A stretch of 64,000 nucleotides of DNA from Eledone cirrhosa (taxonomy: Eukaryota). How positions within the stretch are numbered: the stretch's first letter is position 1; every line of letters begins with the position of its first letter. Where the stretch lies: NCBI GenBank assembly GCA_964016885.1, contig OZ024744.1, positions 110,980,001 through 111,044,000 of the forward strand, written 5' to 3'. The notes beneath the pieces are model-generated. The model ran no database searches, had not been told where the DNA came from, and was given only the letters and a program-made list of their open reading frames with translations. Of this stretch, positions 1 through 13,969 are shown one piece after another. Position numbers and translations under genes: made by a program.

Positions 1-228
1 CCACTATTACTTACCTTGCCCTGAACACAGTAAAACTACACAATCCACTATTACTTACCTTGCCCTGAACACAGTAAAACTACACAATCCACTATAGTTT
101 ACCTTGCCCTGAAAACAGTAAAACTACACAATCCACTATAAATTACCTTGCTCTGAACACAATAAAACTACACAATCCACTATAACTTAACTGGCCCTGA
201 ACACAGTAAAACTACACAATCCACTATA

Positions 229-258
229 ACTTACCTTGCCCTGAACACAGTAAAACTA
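229..258 (-). other. Splice-site-like module in the consensus monomer (example copy): acceptor TAGTTTTACTGTGTTCAG, 6-nt GGCAAG, donor GTAAGT
   Basis: The reverse complement of the monomer is ATTGTGTAGTTTTACTGTGTTCAG-GGCAAG-GTAAGT-TATAGTGG. In this copy the acceptor CAG is 241-243, the 6-mer is 235-240 and the donor is 229-234. The motif match is direct; function is unproven. Confidence 0.4.
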
Positions 259-2634
259 CACAATCCACTATAACAAACATTGCCCTGAACACGGTAAAAC
301 TACACAAACCACTATCAATTACCTTGCCCTGAACACAGTAAAACTACATAATCCACTATAGTTTACCTTGCCCTGAACACAATAAAACTACACAATCCAC
401 TATAAATTACCTTGCCCTGAAGACAGTAAAACTACACAATCCTCTATAACTTACCTTGCTGTGAACACAGTAAAACTACACAATCCACTATGCCTTACCT
501 TGCCCTGAACACAGTAAAACATCACGATCCACTATTACTTACATTGCTCTGAACACAGAAAAACTACACAATCCACTATAACTTACTTTGCCATGAACAC
601 AGTAAAACTACACAATCCTCTATAACTTACCTTACTGTGAACACAGTAAAACTACACAATCCACTATGCCTTACCTTGCCCTGAACACAGTAAAACTACA
701 CAATCCAAACTATAACAAACATTGCCCTGAACACGGTAAAACTACACAAACCACTATAAATTACCTTGCCCTGAACACAGTAAAACTACATAATCCACTA
801 TAGTTTACCTTGCCCTGAACACAATAAAACTACACAATCCACTTTAAATTACCTTGCCCTGAACACAGTAAAACTACACAATCCACTATAACGTACCTTG
901 CCCTGAACACAGTAAAACTACTTAATTCACTATAACTTACCTTGCTCTGAACACAGTAAAACTACACAATCCACTATACCTTACCTTGCCCTGAACACAG
1001 TGAAACTACACAATCCACTATAACTTACCTTGCCCTGAAGACAGTAAAACTATATAATCCACTATAGCTTACCTTGCCCTGAACACAGTAAAACTACACA
1101 ATCCACTATAACTTAACTGGCCCTGAACACAGTAAAACTACACAATCCACTATAAGTTACCTTGCTCTGAACACAGTAAAACTACACAATCCACTATAAC
1201 TTACCTTGCTCTGAACACAGTAAAACTACACAATCCACTATAACTTACCTTACCCTGAACACAGTGAAACTACACAATCCACTATAACTTACATTGCCCT
1301 GAACACAGTAAAACTACACAATCCACTATAACTTACATTGCCCTGAACACAGTAAAACTACACAATCCACTATAACTTACCTTGCTCTGAACACAGTAAA
1401 ACTACACAAACCACTATAACTTAACAGGCCCTGAACACAGTAAAACTACACAATCCACTATAACTTAACTGACCCTGAACACAGTAAAACTACACAATCC
1501 ACTATAACTTAACTGGCCCTGAACCCAGTAAGACTACACAATCCACTATAACTTACCTTGCTCTGAACACAGTAAAACTACATGATCCACTATAACTTAC
1601 CTTGCCCTGAGCACAGTAAAACTACACAAACCACTATAACTTAACTGGCCCTGAACACAGTAAAACTACACAATCCACTATAACTTACCTTGCCCTGAAC
1701 ACAGTCAAACTACACAATCCACTATAACTTAACTGGCCCTGAACACAGTAAAACTACACAATCCACTATAACTGAACTGGCCCTGAACACAGTAAAACTA
1801 CACAATCCACTATAAGTTACCTTGCTCTGAACACAGTAAAACTACACAATCCACTATAACTTACCTTGCCCTGAACACAGTAAACTACACAATCCACTCT
1901 AACTTACCTTGCCCAGAACAAAGTAAAACTACGTATTCCACTATACCTTACCTTGCCCTGAACACAGTGAAACTACACAATCCACTATAACTTACCTTGC
2001 TCTGAACACAGTAAAACTACACAATCCACTATACGTTACCTTGCCCTGAACACAGTAAAACTACATAATCCACTATAGTTTACCTTGCCCTGAACACAAT
2101 AAAACTACACAATCCACTATAAATTACCTTGCCCTGAAAACAGTAGAACTACACAATCCACTATAAATTACCTTGCTCTGAACACAATAAAACTACACAA
2201 TCCACTATAACTTAACTGGCCCTGAACACAGTAAAACTACACAATCCACTATAACTTACCTTGCCCTGAACACAGTAAAACTACACAATCCACTATAACA
2301 AACATTGCCCTGAACACGGTAAAACTACACAAACCACTATAAATTACCTTGCCCTGAACACAGTAAAACTACATAATCCACTATAGTTTACCTTGCCCTG
2401 AACACAATAAAACTACACAATCCACTTTAAATTACCTTGCCCTGAACACAGTAAAACTACACAATCCTCTATAACTTACCTTGCTGTGAACACAGTAAAA
2501 CTACACAATCCACTATGCCTTACCTTGCCCTGAACACAGTAAAACTACACAATCCACTATTACTTACATTGCTCTGAACACAGAAAAACTACACAATCCA
2601 CTATAACTTACCTTGCCCTGAACACAGTCAAACT

Positions 2635-5600
2635 ACACAATCCACTATAACTTAACTGGCCCTGAACACAGTAAACTACAGGATCCACTATAACTTACCT
2701 TGCTCTGAACACAGTAAAACTACACGATCCACTATAACTTACCTTGCCCTGAACACAGTAAACTACACAATCCACTATAACTTACATTGCCCTGAACACA
2801 GTAAAACTACACAAACCACTATAAATTACCTTGTTCTGAACACAGTAAAACTACACAATCCACTATACCTTACCTTGCCCTGAACACAGTAAAACTACAC
2901 AATCCACTATAGCTTACATTGCTCTGAACACAGTAAAACTACACAATCCACTATAAATTACCTTGCTCTGAACACAGAAAAACTACACAATCCACTATAA
3001 CTTACTTTGCCATGAACACAGTAAAACTACACAATCCACTATAACTTACCTTGCACTGAACACAGTAAAACTACACAATCCACTATAACTTAACTGGCCC
3101 TGAACACAGTAACACTACACAATCAACTATAACTTACCTTGCTCTGAACACAGTAAAACTACACAATGCACTATAACTTACTTTGCCATGAACACAGTAA
3201 AACTACACAATCCACTATAACTTACCTTGCACTGAACACAGTAAAACTACACAATCCACTATAAATTACCTTGTTCTGAACACAGTAAAACTACACAATC
3301 CACTCTAACTTACCTTGCCCAGAACAAAGTAAATCTACGTAATCCACTATACCTTACCTTGCCCTGAACACAGTGAAACTACACAATCCACTATACCTTA
3401 CCTTGCCCTGAACACAGTAAAACTACATAATCCACTATAGTTTACCTAGCCCTGAACACAATAAAACTACACAATCCACTATAAATTACCTTGCCCTGAA
3501 AATAGTAGAACTACACAATCCACTATAAATTACCTTGCTCTGAACACAATAAAACTACACAATCCACTATAACTTAACTGGCCCTGAACACAGTAAAACT
3601 ACACAATCCACTATAACTTACCTTGCCCTGAACACAGTAAAACTACACAATCCACTATAACAAACATTGCCCTGAACACGGTAAAACTACACAAACCACT
3701 ATCAATTACCTTGCCCTGAACACAGTAAAACTACATAATCCACTATAGTTTACCTTGCCCTGAACACAATAAAACTACACAATCCACTATAAATTACCTT
3801 GCCCTGAACACAGTAAAACTACACAATCCTCTATAACTTACCTTGCCCTGAACACAGTAAAACTACACAATCCTCTATAACTTACCTTGCCCTGAACACA
3901 GTAAAACTACACAATCCTCTATAACTTACCTTGCTGTGAACACAGTAAAACTACACAATCCACTATGCCTTACCTTGCCCTGAACACAGTAAAACTACAC
4001 AATCCACTATTACTTACATTGCTCTGAACACAGAAAAACTACACAATCCACTATAACTTACTTTGCCATGAACACAGTAAAACTACACAATCCTCTATAA
4101 CTTACCTTGCTGTGAACACAGTAAAACTACACAATCCACTATGCCTTACCTTGCCCTGAACACAGTAAAACTCCACAATCCACTATAACTTACCTTGCCC
4201 TGAACACAGTAAAACTACACAATCCAAACTATAACAAACATTGCCCTGAACACGGTAAAACTACACAAACCACTATAAATTACCTTGCCCTGAACACAGT
4301 AAAACTACATAATCCACTATAGTTTACCTTGCCCTGAACACAATAAAACTACACAATCCACTTTAAATTACCTTGCCCTGAACACAGTAAAACTACACAA
4401 TCCACTATAACGTACCTTGCCCTGAACACAGTAAAACTACTTAATTCACTATAACTTACCTTGCTCTGAACACAGTAAAACTACACAATCCACTATACCT
4501 TACCTTGCCCTGAACACAGTGAAACTACACAATCCACTATAACTTACCTTGCCCTGAACACAGTAAAACTACACAATCCTCTATAACTTACCTTGCTGTG
4601 AACACAGTAAAACTACACAATCCACTATGCCTTACCTTGCCCTGAACACAGTAAAACTACACAATCCACTATTACTTACATTGCTCTGAACACAGAAAAA
4701 CTACACAATCCACTATAACTTACTTTGCCATGAACACAGTAAAACTACACAATCCACTACAACTTACCTTGCACTGAACACAGTAAAACTACACAATCCA
4801 CTATAAATTACCTTCCTCTGAACACAATAAAACTACACAATCCACTATAACTTAACTGGCCCTGAACACAGTAAAACTACACAATCCACTATAACTTAAC
4901 TGGCCCTGAACACAGTAAAACTACACAATCCACTATAAGTTACCTTGCTCTGAACACAGTAAAACTACACAATCCACTATAACTTACCTTGCCCTGAACA
5001 CAGTAAACTACACAATCCACTATAACTTACATTGCCCTGAACACAGTAAAACTACACAAACCACTATAAATTACCTTGTTCTGAACACAGTAAAACTACA
5101 CAATGCACTATAACTTACTTTGCCATGAACACAGTAAAACTACACAATCCACTATAACTTACCTTGCACTGAACACAGTAAAACTACACAATCCACTATA
5201 ACTTACCTTGCCCTGAACACAGTAAACTACACAATCCACTATAACTTACTTTGCCATGAACACAGTAAAACTACACAATCCACTATAACTTACCTTGCAC
5301 TGAACACAGTAAAACTACACAATCCACTATAACTTAACTGGCCCTGAACACAGTAACACTACACAATCAACTATAACTTACCTTGCTCTGAACACAGTAA
5401 AACTACACAATGCACTATAACTTACTTTGCCATGAACACAGTAAAACTACACAATCCACTATAACTTACCTTGCACTGAACACAGTAAAACTACACAATC
5501 CACTATAAATTACCTTGTTCTGAACACAGTAAAACTACACAATCCACTCTAACTTACCTTGCCCAGAACAAAGTAAAACTACGCAATCCACTATACCTTA

Positions 5601-8600
5601 CCTTGCCCTGAACACAGTGAAACTACACAATCCACTATAACTTACCTTGCTCTGAACACAGTAAAACTACACAATCCACTATACCTTACCTTGCCCTGAA
5701 CACAGTAAAACTACATAATCCACTATAGTTTACCTTGCCCTGAACACAATAAAACTACACAATCCACTATAAATTACCTTGCCCTGAAAACAGTAGAACT
5801 ACACAATCCACTATAAATTACCTTGCTCTGAACACAATAAAACTACACAATCCACTATAACTTAACTGGCCCTGAACACAGTAAAACTACACAATCCACT
5901 ATAACTTACCTTGCCCTGAACACAGTAAAACTACACAATCCACTATAATTTAACTGGCCCTGAACACAGTAAAACTACACAATCCACTATAACTTACCTT
6001 GCCCTGAACACAGTAAAACTACACAATCCACTATAACAAACATTGCCCTGAACACGGTAAAACTACACAAACCACTATCAATTACCTTGCCCTGAACACA
6101 GTAAAAGTACATAATCCACTATAGTTTACCTTGCCCTGAACACAGTAAAACTACACAATCCACTATAACTTACTTTGCCCTGAACACATTAAAACTACAC
6201 AAACCACTATAAATTACCTTGCTCTAAACACAGTAAAACTTTATAATCCACTATAACTTAACTGGCCCTGAACACAGTAAAACTACACAATCCACTATAA
6301 CTTAACTGGCCCTGAACACAGTAAAACTACACAATCCACTATAACTTACCTTGCTCTGAACACAGTAAAACTACACAAACCACTATAACTTAACAGGCCC
6401 TGAACACAGTAAAACTACACAATCCACTATAACTTAACTGACCCTGAACACAGTAAAACTACACAATCCACTATAACTTACCTTGCCTTGAACACAGTAA
6501 AACTACACAATCCACTATAACTTACATTGCCCTGAACACAGTAAAACTACACAATCCACTATAACTTACCTTGCTCTGAACACAGTAAAACTACACAAAC
6601 CACTATAACTTAACAGGCCCTGAACACAGTAAAACTACACAATCCACTATAACTTAACTGACCCTGAACACAGTAAAACTACACAATCCACTATAACTTA
6701 ACTGGCCCTGAACACAGTAAAACTACACAATCCACTATAACTTACCTTGCTCTGAACACAGTAAAACTACACGATCCATTATAACTTACCTTGCCCTGAG
6801 CACAGTAAAACTACACAAACCACTATAACTTAACTGGCCCTGAACACAGTAAAACTACACAATCCACTATAACTTACCTTGCCCTGAACACAGTCAAACT
6901 ACACAATCCACTATAACTTAACTGGCCCTGAACACAGTAAAACTACACAATCCACTATAACTTAACTGGCCCTGAACACAGTAAAACTACACAATCCACT
7001 ATAAGTTACCTTGCTCTGAACACAGTAAAACTACACAATCCACTATAACTTACCTTGCCCTGAACACAGTAAACTACACAATCCACTCTAACTTACCTTG
7101 CCCAGAACAAAGTAAAACTACGTAATCCACTATACCTTACCTTGCCCTGAACACAGTGAAACTACACAATCCACTATAACTTACCTTGCTCTGAACACAC
7201 TAAAACTACACAATCCACTATACCTTACCTTGCCCTGAACACAGTAAAACTACATAATCCACTATAGTTTACCTTGCCCTGAACACAATAAAACTACACA
7301 ATCCACTATAAATTACCTTGCCCTGAAAACAGTAGAACTACACAATCCACTATAAATTACCTTGCTCTGAACACAATAAAACTACACAATCCACTATAAC
7401 TTAACTGGCCCTGAACACAGTAAAACTACACAATCCACTATAACTTACCTTGCCCTGAACACAGTAAAACTACACAATCCACTATAACAAACATTGCCCT
7501 GAACACGTTAAAACTACACAAAACACTATAAATTACCTTGCCCTGAACACAGTAAAACTACATAATCCACTATAGTTTACCTTGCCCTGAACACAATAAA
7601 ACTACACAATCCACTTTAAATTACCTTGCCCTGAACACAGTAAAACTACACAATCCACTATAACGTACCTTGCCCTGAACACAGTAAAACTACTTAATTC
7701 ACTATAACTTACCTTGCTCTGAACACAGTAAAACTACACAATCCACTATACCTTACCTTGCCCTGAACACAGTGAAACTACACAATCCACTATAACTTAC
7801 CTTGCCCTGAACACAGTAAAACTACACGATCCACTATAACTTACTTTGCCATGAACACAGTAAAACTACACGATCCACTATAACTTACCTTGCACTGAAC
7901 ACAGTAAAACTACACAATCCACTATAACTTACCTTGCACTGAACACAGTAAAACTACACAATCCACTATAACTTAACTGGCCCTGAACACAGTAAAACTA
8001 CACAATCCACTATAACTTACCTTGCACTGAACACAGTAAAACTACACAATCCACTATAAGTTACCTTGCTCTGAACACAGTAAAACTACACAATCCACTA
8101 TAACTTACCTTGCCCTGAACACAGTAAACTACACAATCCACTATAACTTACATTGCCCTGAACACAGTAAAACTACACAAACCACTATAAATTACCTTGT
8201 TCTGAACACAGTAAAACTACACAATGCACTATAACTTACTTTGCCATGAACACAGTAAAACTACACAATCCACTATAACTTACCTTGCACTGAACACAGT
8301 AAAACTACACAATCCACTATAACTTAACTGGCCCTGAACACAGTAAACTACAGGATCCACTATAACTTACCTTGCTCTGAACACAGTAAAACTACACGAT
8401 CCACTATAACTTACCTTGCCCTGAACACAGTAAACTACACAATCCACTATAACTTACATTGCCCTGAACACAGTAAAACTACACAAACCACTATAAATTA
8501 CCTTGTTCTGAACACAGTAAAACTACACAATCCACTATACCTTACCTTGCCCTGAACACAGTAAAACTACACAATCCACTATAGCTTACATTGCTCTGAA

Positions 8601-11600
8601 CACAGTAAAACTACACAATCCACTATAAATTACCTTGCTCTGAACACAGAAAAACTACACAATCCACTATAACTTACTTTGCCATGAACACAGTAAAACT
8701 ACACAATCCACTATAACTTACCTTGCACTGAACACAGTAAAACTACACAATCCACTATAACTTAACTGGCCCTGAACACAGTAACACTACACAATCAACT
8801 ATAACTTACCTTGCTCTGAACACAGTAAAACTACACAATGCACTATAACTTACTTTGCCATGAACACAGTAAAACTACACAATCCACTATAACTTACCTT
8901 GCACTGAACACAGTAAAACTACACAATCCACTATAAATTACCTTGTTCTGAACACAGTAAAACTACACAATCCACTCTAACTTACCTTGCCCAGAACAAA
9001 GTAAATCTACGTAATCCACTATACCTTACCTTGCCCTGAACACAGTGAAACTACACAATCCACTATACCTTACCTTGCCCTGAACACAGTAAAACTACAT
9101 AATCCACTATAGTTTACCTAGCCCTGAACACAATAAAACTACACAATCCACTATAAATTACCTTGCCCTGAAAATAGTAGAACTACACAATCCACTATAA
9201 ATTACCTTGCTCTGAACACAATAAAACTACACAATCCACTATAACTTAACTGGCCCTGAACACAGTAAAACTACACAATCCACTATAACTTACCTTGCCC
9301 TGAACACAGTAAAACTACACAATCCACTATAACAAACATTGCCCTGAACACGGTAAAACTACACAAACCACTATCAATTACCTTGCCCTGAACACAGTAA
9401 AACTACATAATCCACTATAGTTTACCTTGCCCTGAACACAATAAAACTACACAATCCACTATAAATTACCTTGCCCTGAACACAGTAAAACTACACAATC
9501 CTCTATAACTTACCTTGCCCTGAACACAGTAAAACTACACAATCCTCTATAACTTACCTTGCCCTGAACACAGTAAAACTACACAATCCTCTATAACTTA
9601 CCTTGCTGTGAACACAGTAAAACTACACAATCCACTATGCCTTACCTTGCCCTGAACACAGTAAAACTACACAATCCACTATTACTTACATTGCTCTGAA
9701 CACAGAAAAACTACACAATCCACTATAACTTACTTTGCCATGAACACAGTAAAACTACACAATCCTCTATAACTTACCTTGCTGTGAACACAGTAAAACT
9801 ACACAATCCACTATGCCTTACCTTGCCCTGAACACAGTAAAACTCCACAATCCACTATAACTTACCTTGCCCTGAACACAGTAAAACTACACAATCCAAA
9901 CTATAACAAACATTGCCCTGAACACGGTAAAACTACACAAACCACTATAAATTACCTTGCCCTGAACACAGTAAAACTACATAATCCACTATAGTTTACC
10001 TTGCCCTGAACACAATAAAACTACACAATCCACTTTAAATTACCTTGCCCTGAACACAGTAAAACTACACAATCCACTATAACGTACCTTGCCCTGAACA
10101 CAGTAAAACTACTTAATTCACTATAACTTACCTTGCTCTGAACACAGTAAAACTACACAATCCACTATACCTTACCTTGCCCTGAACACAGTGAAACTAC
10201 ACAATCCACTATAACTTACCTTGCCCTGAACACAGTAAAACTACACAATCCTCTATAACTTACCTTGCTGTGAACACAGTAAAACTACACAATCCACTAT
10301 GCCTTACCTTGCCCTGAACACAGTAAAACTACACAATCCACTATTACTTACATTGCTCTGAACACAGAAAAACTACACAATCCACTATAACTTACTTTGC
10401 CATGAACACAGTAAAACTACACAATCCACTACAACTTACCTTGCACTGAACACAGTAAAACTACACAATCCACTATAAATTACCTTCCTCTGAACACAAT
10501 AAAACTACACAATCCACTATAACTTAACTGGCCCTGAACACAGTAAAACTACACAATCCACTATAACTTAACTGGCCCTGAACACAGTAAAACTACACAA
10601 TCCACTATAAGTTACCTTGCTCTGAACACAGTAAAACTACACAATCCACTATAACTTACCTTGCCCTGAACACAGTAAACTACACAATCCACTATAACTT
10701 ACATTGCCCTGAACACAGTAAAACTACACAAACCACTATAAATTACCTTGTTCTGAACACAGTAAAACTACACAATGCACTATAACTTACTTTGCCATGA
10801 ACACAGTAAAACTACACAATCCACTATAACTTACCTTGCACTGAACACAGTAAAACTACACAATCCACTATAACTTACCTTGCCCTGAACACAGTAAACT
10901 ACACAATCCACTATAACTTACTTTGCCATGAACACAGTAAAACTACACAATCCACTATAACTTACCTTGCACTGAACACAGTAAAACTACACAATCCACT
11001 ATAACTTAACTGGCCCTGAACACAGTAACACTACACAATCAACTATAACTTACCTTGCTCTGAACACAGTAAAACTACACAATGCACTATAACTTACTTT
11101 GCCATGAACACAGTAAAACTACACAATCCACTATAACTTACCTTGCACTGAACACAGTAAAACTACACAATCCACTATAAATTACCTTGTTCTGAACACA
11201 GTAAAACTACACAATCCACTCTAACTTACCTTGCCCAGAACAAAGTAAAACTACGCAATCCACTATACCTTACCTTGCCCTGAACACAGTGAAACTACAC
11301 AATCCACTATAACTTACCTTGCTCTGAACACAGTAAAACTACACAATCCACTATACCTTACCTTGCCCTGAACACAGTAAAACTACATAATCCACTATAG
11401 TTTACCTTGCCCTGAACACAATAAAACTACACAATCCACTATAAATTACCTTGCCCTGAAAACAGTAGAACTACACAATCCACTATAAATTACCTTGCTC
11501 TGAACACAATAAAACTACACAATCCACTATAACTTAACTGGCCCTGAACACAGTAAAACTACACAATCCACTATAACTTACCTTGCCCTGAACACAGTAA

Positions 11601-13800
11601 AACTACACAATCCACTATAATTTAACTGGCCCTGAACACAGTAAAACTACACAATCCACTATAACTTACCTTGCCCTGAACACAGTAAAACTACACAATC
11701 CACTATAACAAACATTGCCCTGAACACGGTAAAACTACACAAACCACTATCAATTACCTTGCCCTGAACACAGTAAAACTACACAATCCACTATAACTTA
11801 CCTTGCTCTGAACACAGTAAAACTACACAAACCACTATAACTTAACAGGCCCTGAACACAGTAAAACTACACAATCCACTATAACTTAACTGACCCTGAA
11901 CACAGTAAAACTACACAAACCACTATAAATTACCTTGCTCTGAACACAGAAAAACTACACAAACCACTATAACTTAACAGGCCCTGAACACAGTAAAACT
12001 ACACAATCCACTATAACTTAACTGACCCTGAACACAGTAAAACTACACAATCCACTATAACTTACCTTGCCTTGAACACAGTAAAACTACACAATCCACT
12101 ATAACTTACATTGCCCTGAACACAGTAAAACTACACAATCCACTATAACTTACCTTGCTCTGAACACAGTAAAACTACACAAACCACTATAACTTAACAG
12201 GCCCTGAACACAGTAAAACTACACAATCCACTATAACTTAACTGACCCTGAACACAGTAAAACTACACAATCCACTATAACTTAACTGGCCCTGAACACA
12301 GTAAAACTACACAATCCACTATAACTTACCTTGCTCTGAACACAGTAAAACTACACGATCCATTATAACTTACCTTGCCCTGAGCACAGTAAAACTACAC
12401 AAACCACTATAACTTAACTGGCCCTGAACACAGTAAAACTACACAATCCACTATAACTTACCTTGCCCTGAACACAGTCAAACTACACAATCCACTATAA
12501 CTTAACTGGCCCTGAACACAGTAAAACTACACAATCCACTATAACTTAACTGGCCCTGAACACAGTAAAACTACACAATCCACTATAAGTTACCTTGCTC
12601 TGAACACAGTAAAACTACACAATCCACTATAACTTACCTTGCCCTGAACACAGTAAACTACACAATCCACTCTAACTTACCTTGCCCAGAACAAAGTAAA
12701 ACTACGTAATCCACTATACCTTACCTTGCCCTGAACACAGTGAAACTACACAATCCACTATAACTTACCTTGCTCTGAACACACTAAAACTACACAATCC
12801 ACTATACCTTACCTTGCCCTGAACACAGTAAAACTACATAATCCACTATAGTTTACCTTGCCCTGAACACAATAAAACTACACAATCCACTATAAATTAC
12901 CTTGCCCTGAAAACAGTAGAACTACACAATCCACTATAAATTACCTTGCTCTGAACACAATAAAACTACACAATCCACTATAACTTAACTGGCCCTGAAC
13001 ACAGTAAAACTACACAATCCACTATAACTTACCTTGCCCTGAACACAGTAAAACTACACAATCCACTATAACAAACATTGCCCTGAACACGTTAAAACTA
13101 CACAAACCACTATAAATTACCTTGCCCTGAACACAGTAAAACTACATAATCCACTATAGTTTACCTTGCCCTGAACACAATAAAACTACACAATCCACTT
13201 TAAATTACCTTGCCCTGAACACAGTAAAACTACACAATCCACTATAACGTACCTTGCCCTGAACACAGTAAAACTACTTAATTCACTATAACTTACCTTG
13301 CTCTGAACACAGTAAAACTACACAATCCACTATACCTTACCTTGCCCTGAACACAGTGAAACTACACAATCCACTATAACTTACCTTGCCCTGAACACAG
13401 TAAAACTACACGATCCACTATAACTTACTTTGCCATGAACACAGTAAAACTACACGATCCACTATAACTTACCTTGCACTGAACACAGTAAAACTACACA
13501 ATCCACTATAACTTACCTTGCACTGAACACAGTAAAACTACACAATCCACTATAACTTAACTGGCCCTGAACACAGTAAAACTACACAATCCACTATAAC
13601 TTACCTTGCACTGAACACAGTAAAACTACACAATCCACTATAAGTTACCTTGCTCTGAACACAGTAAAACTACACAATCCACTATAACTTACCTTGCCCT
13701 GAACACAGTAAACTACACAATCCACTATAACTTACATTGCCCTGAACACAGTAAAACTACACAAACCACTATAAATTACCTTGTTCTGAACACAGTAAAA
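2635..13800. repeat. Higher-order tandem duplication, unit about 5.6 kb (127-129 monomers), two copies (~2635-8220 and ~8310-13800)
   Basis: Rare markers recur at a fixed offset of 5672: AAATCTACGT 3331/9003, TTTACCTAGC 3441/9113, AATAGTAGAA 3501/9173. Further on the offset is 5584: ACGATCCATT 6771/12355, GAACACGTTA 7501/13085. Confidence 0.9.
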
Positions 13801-13969
13801 CTACACAATCCACTATACCTTACCTTGCCCTGAACACACTAAACTACAGGATCCACTATAACTTAACTGGCCCTGAACACAGTAAAACTACACGATCCAC
13901 TATAACTTACCTTGCACTGAACACAGTAAAACTACACAATCCACTATAACTTACCTTGCACTGAACACA

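Noticed and set aside
161-166. AATAAA polyadenylation signals (variant) and AGTAAA (consensus) on the + strand
   Set aside because: A simple G>A variant in A-rich sequence, with no downstream GU-rich element on this strand and no transcript evidence.
226-231. TATA box or bacterial -10-like TATAA(C/A)T motifs, or plasmid iterons
   Set aside because: Short AT-rich words repeated as part of the satellite, with no adjacent gene, rep ORF or promoter context.
996-1002. RAG RSS or Transib/ProtoRAG-like heptamers (CACAGTG here; CACAATG and CACTATG in other variants)
   Set aside because: These are single-base variants of the consensus words. There is no ACAAAAACC nonamer at 12 or 23 bp, no inverted partner, and no gene segments or transposase.
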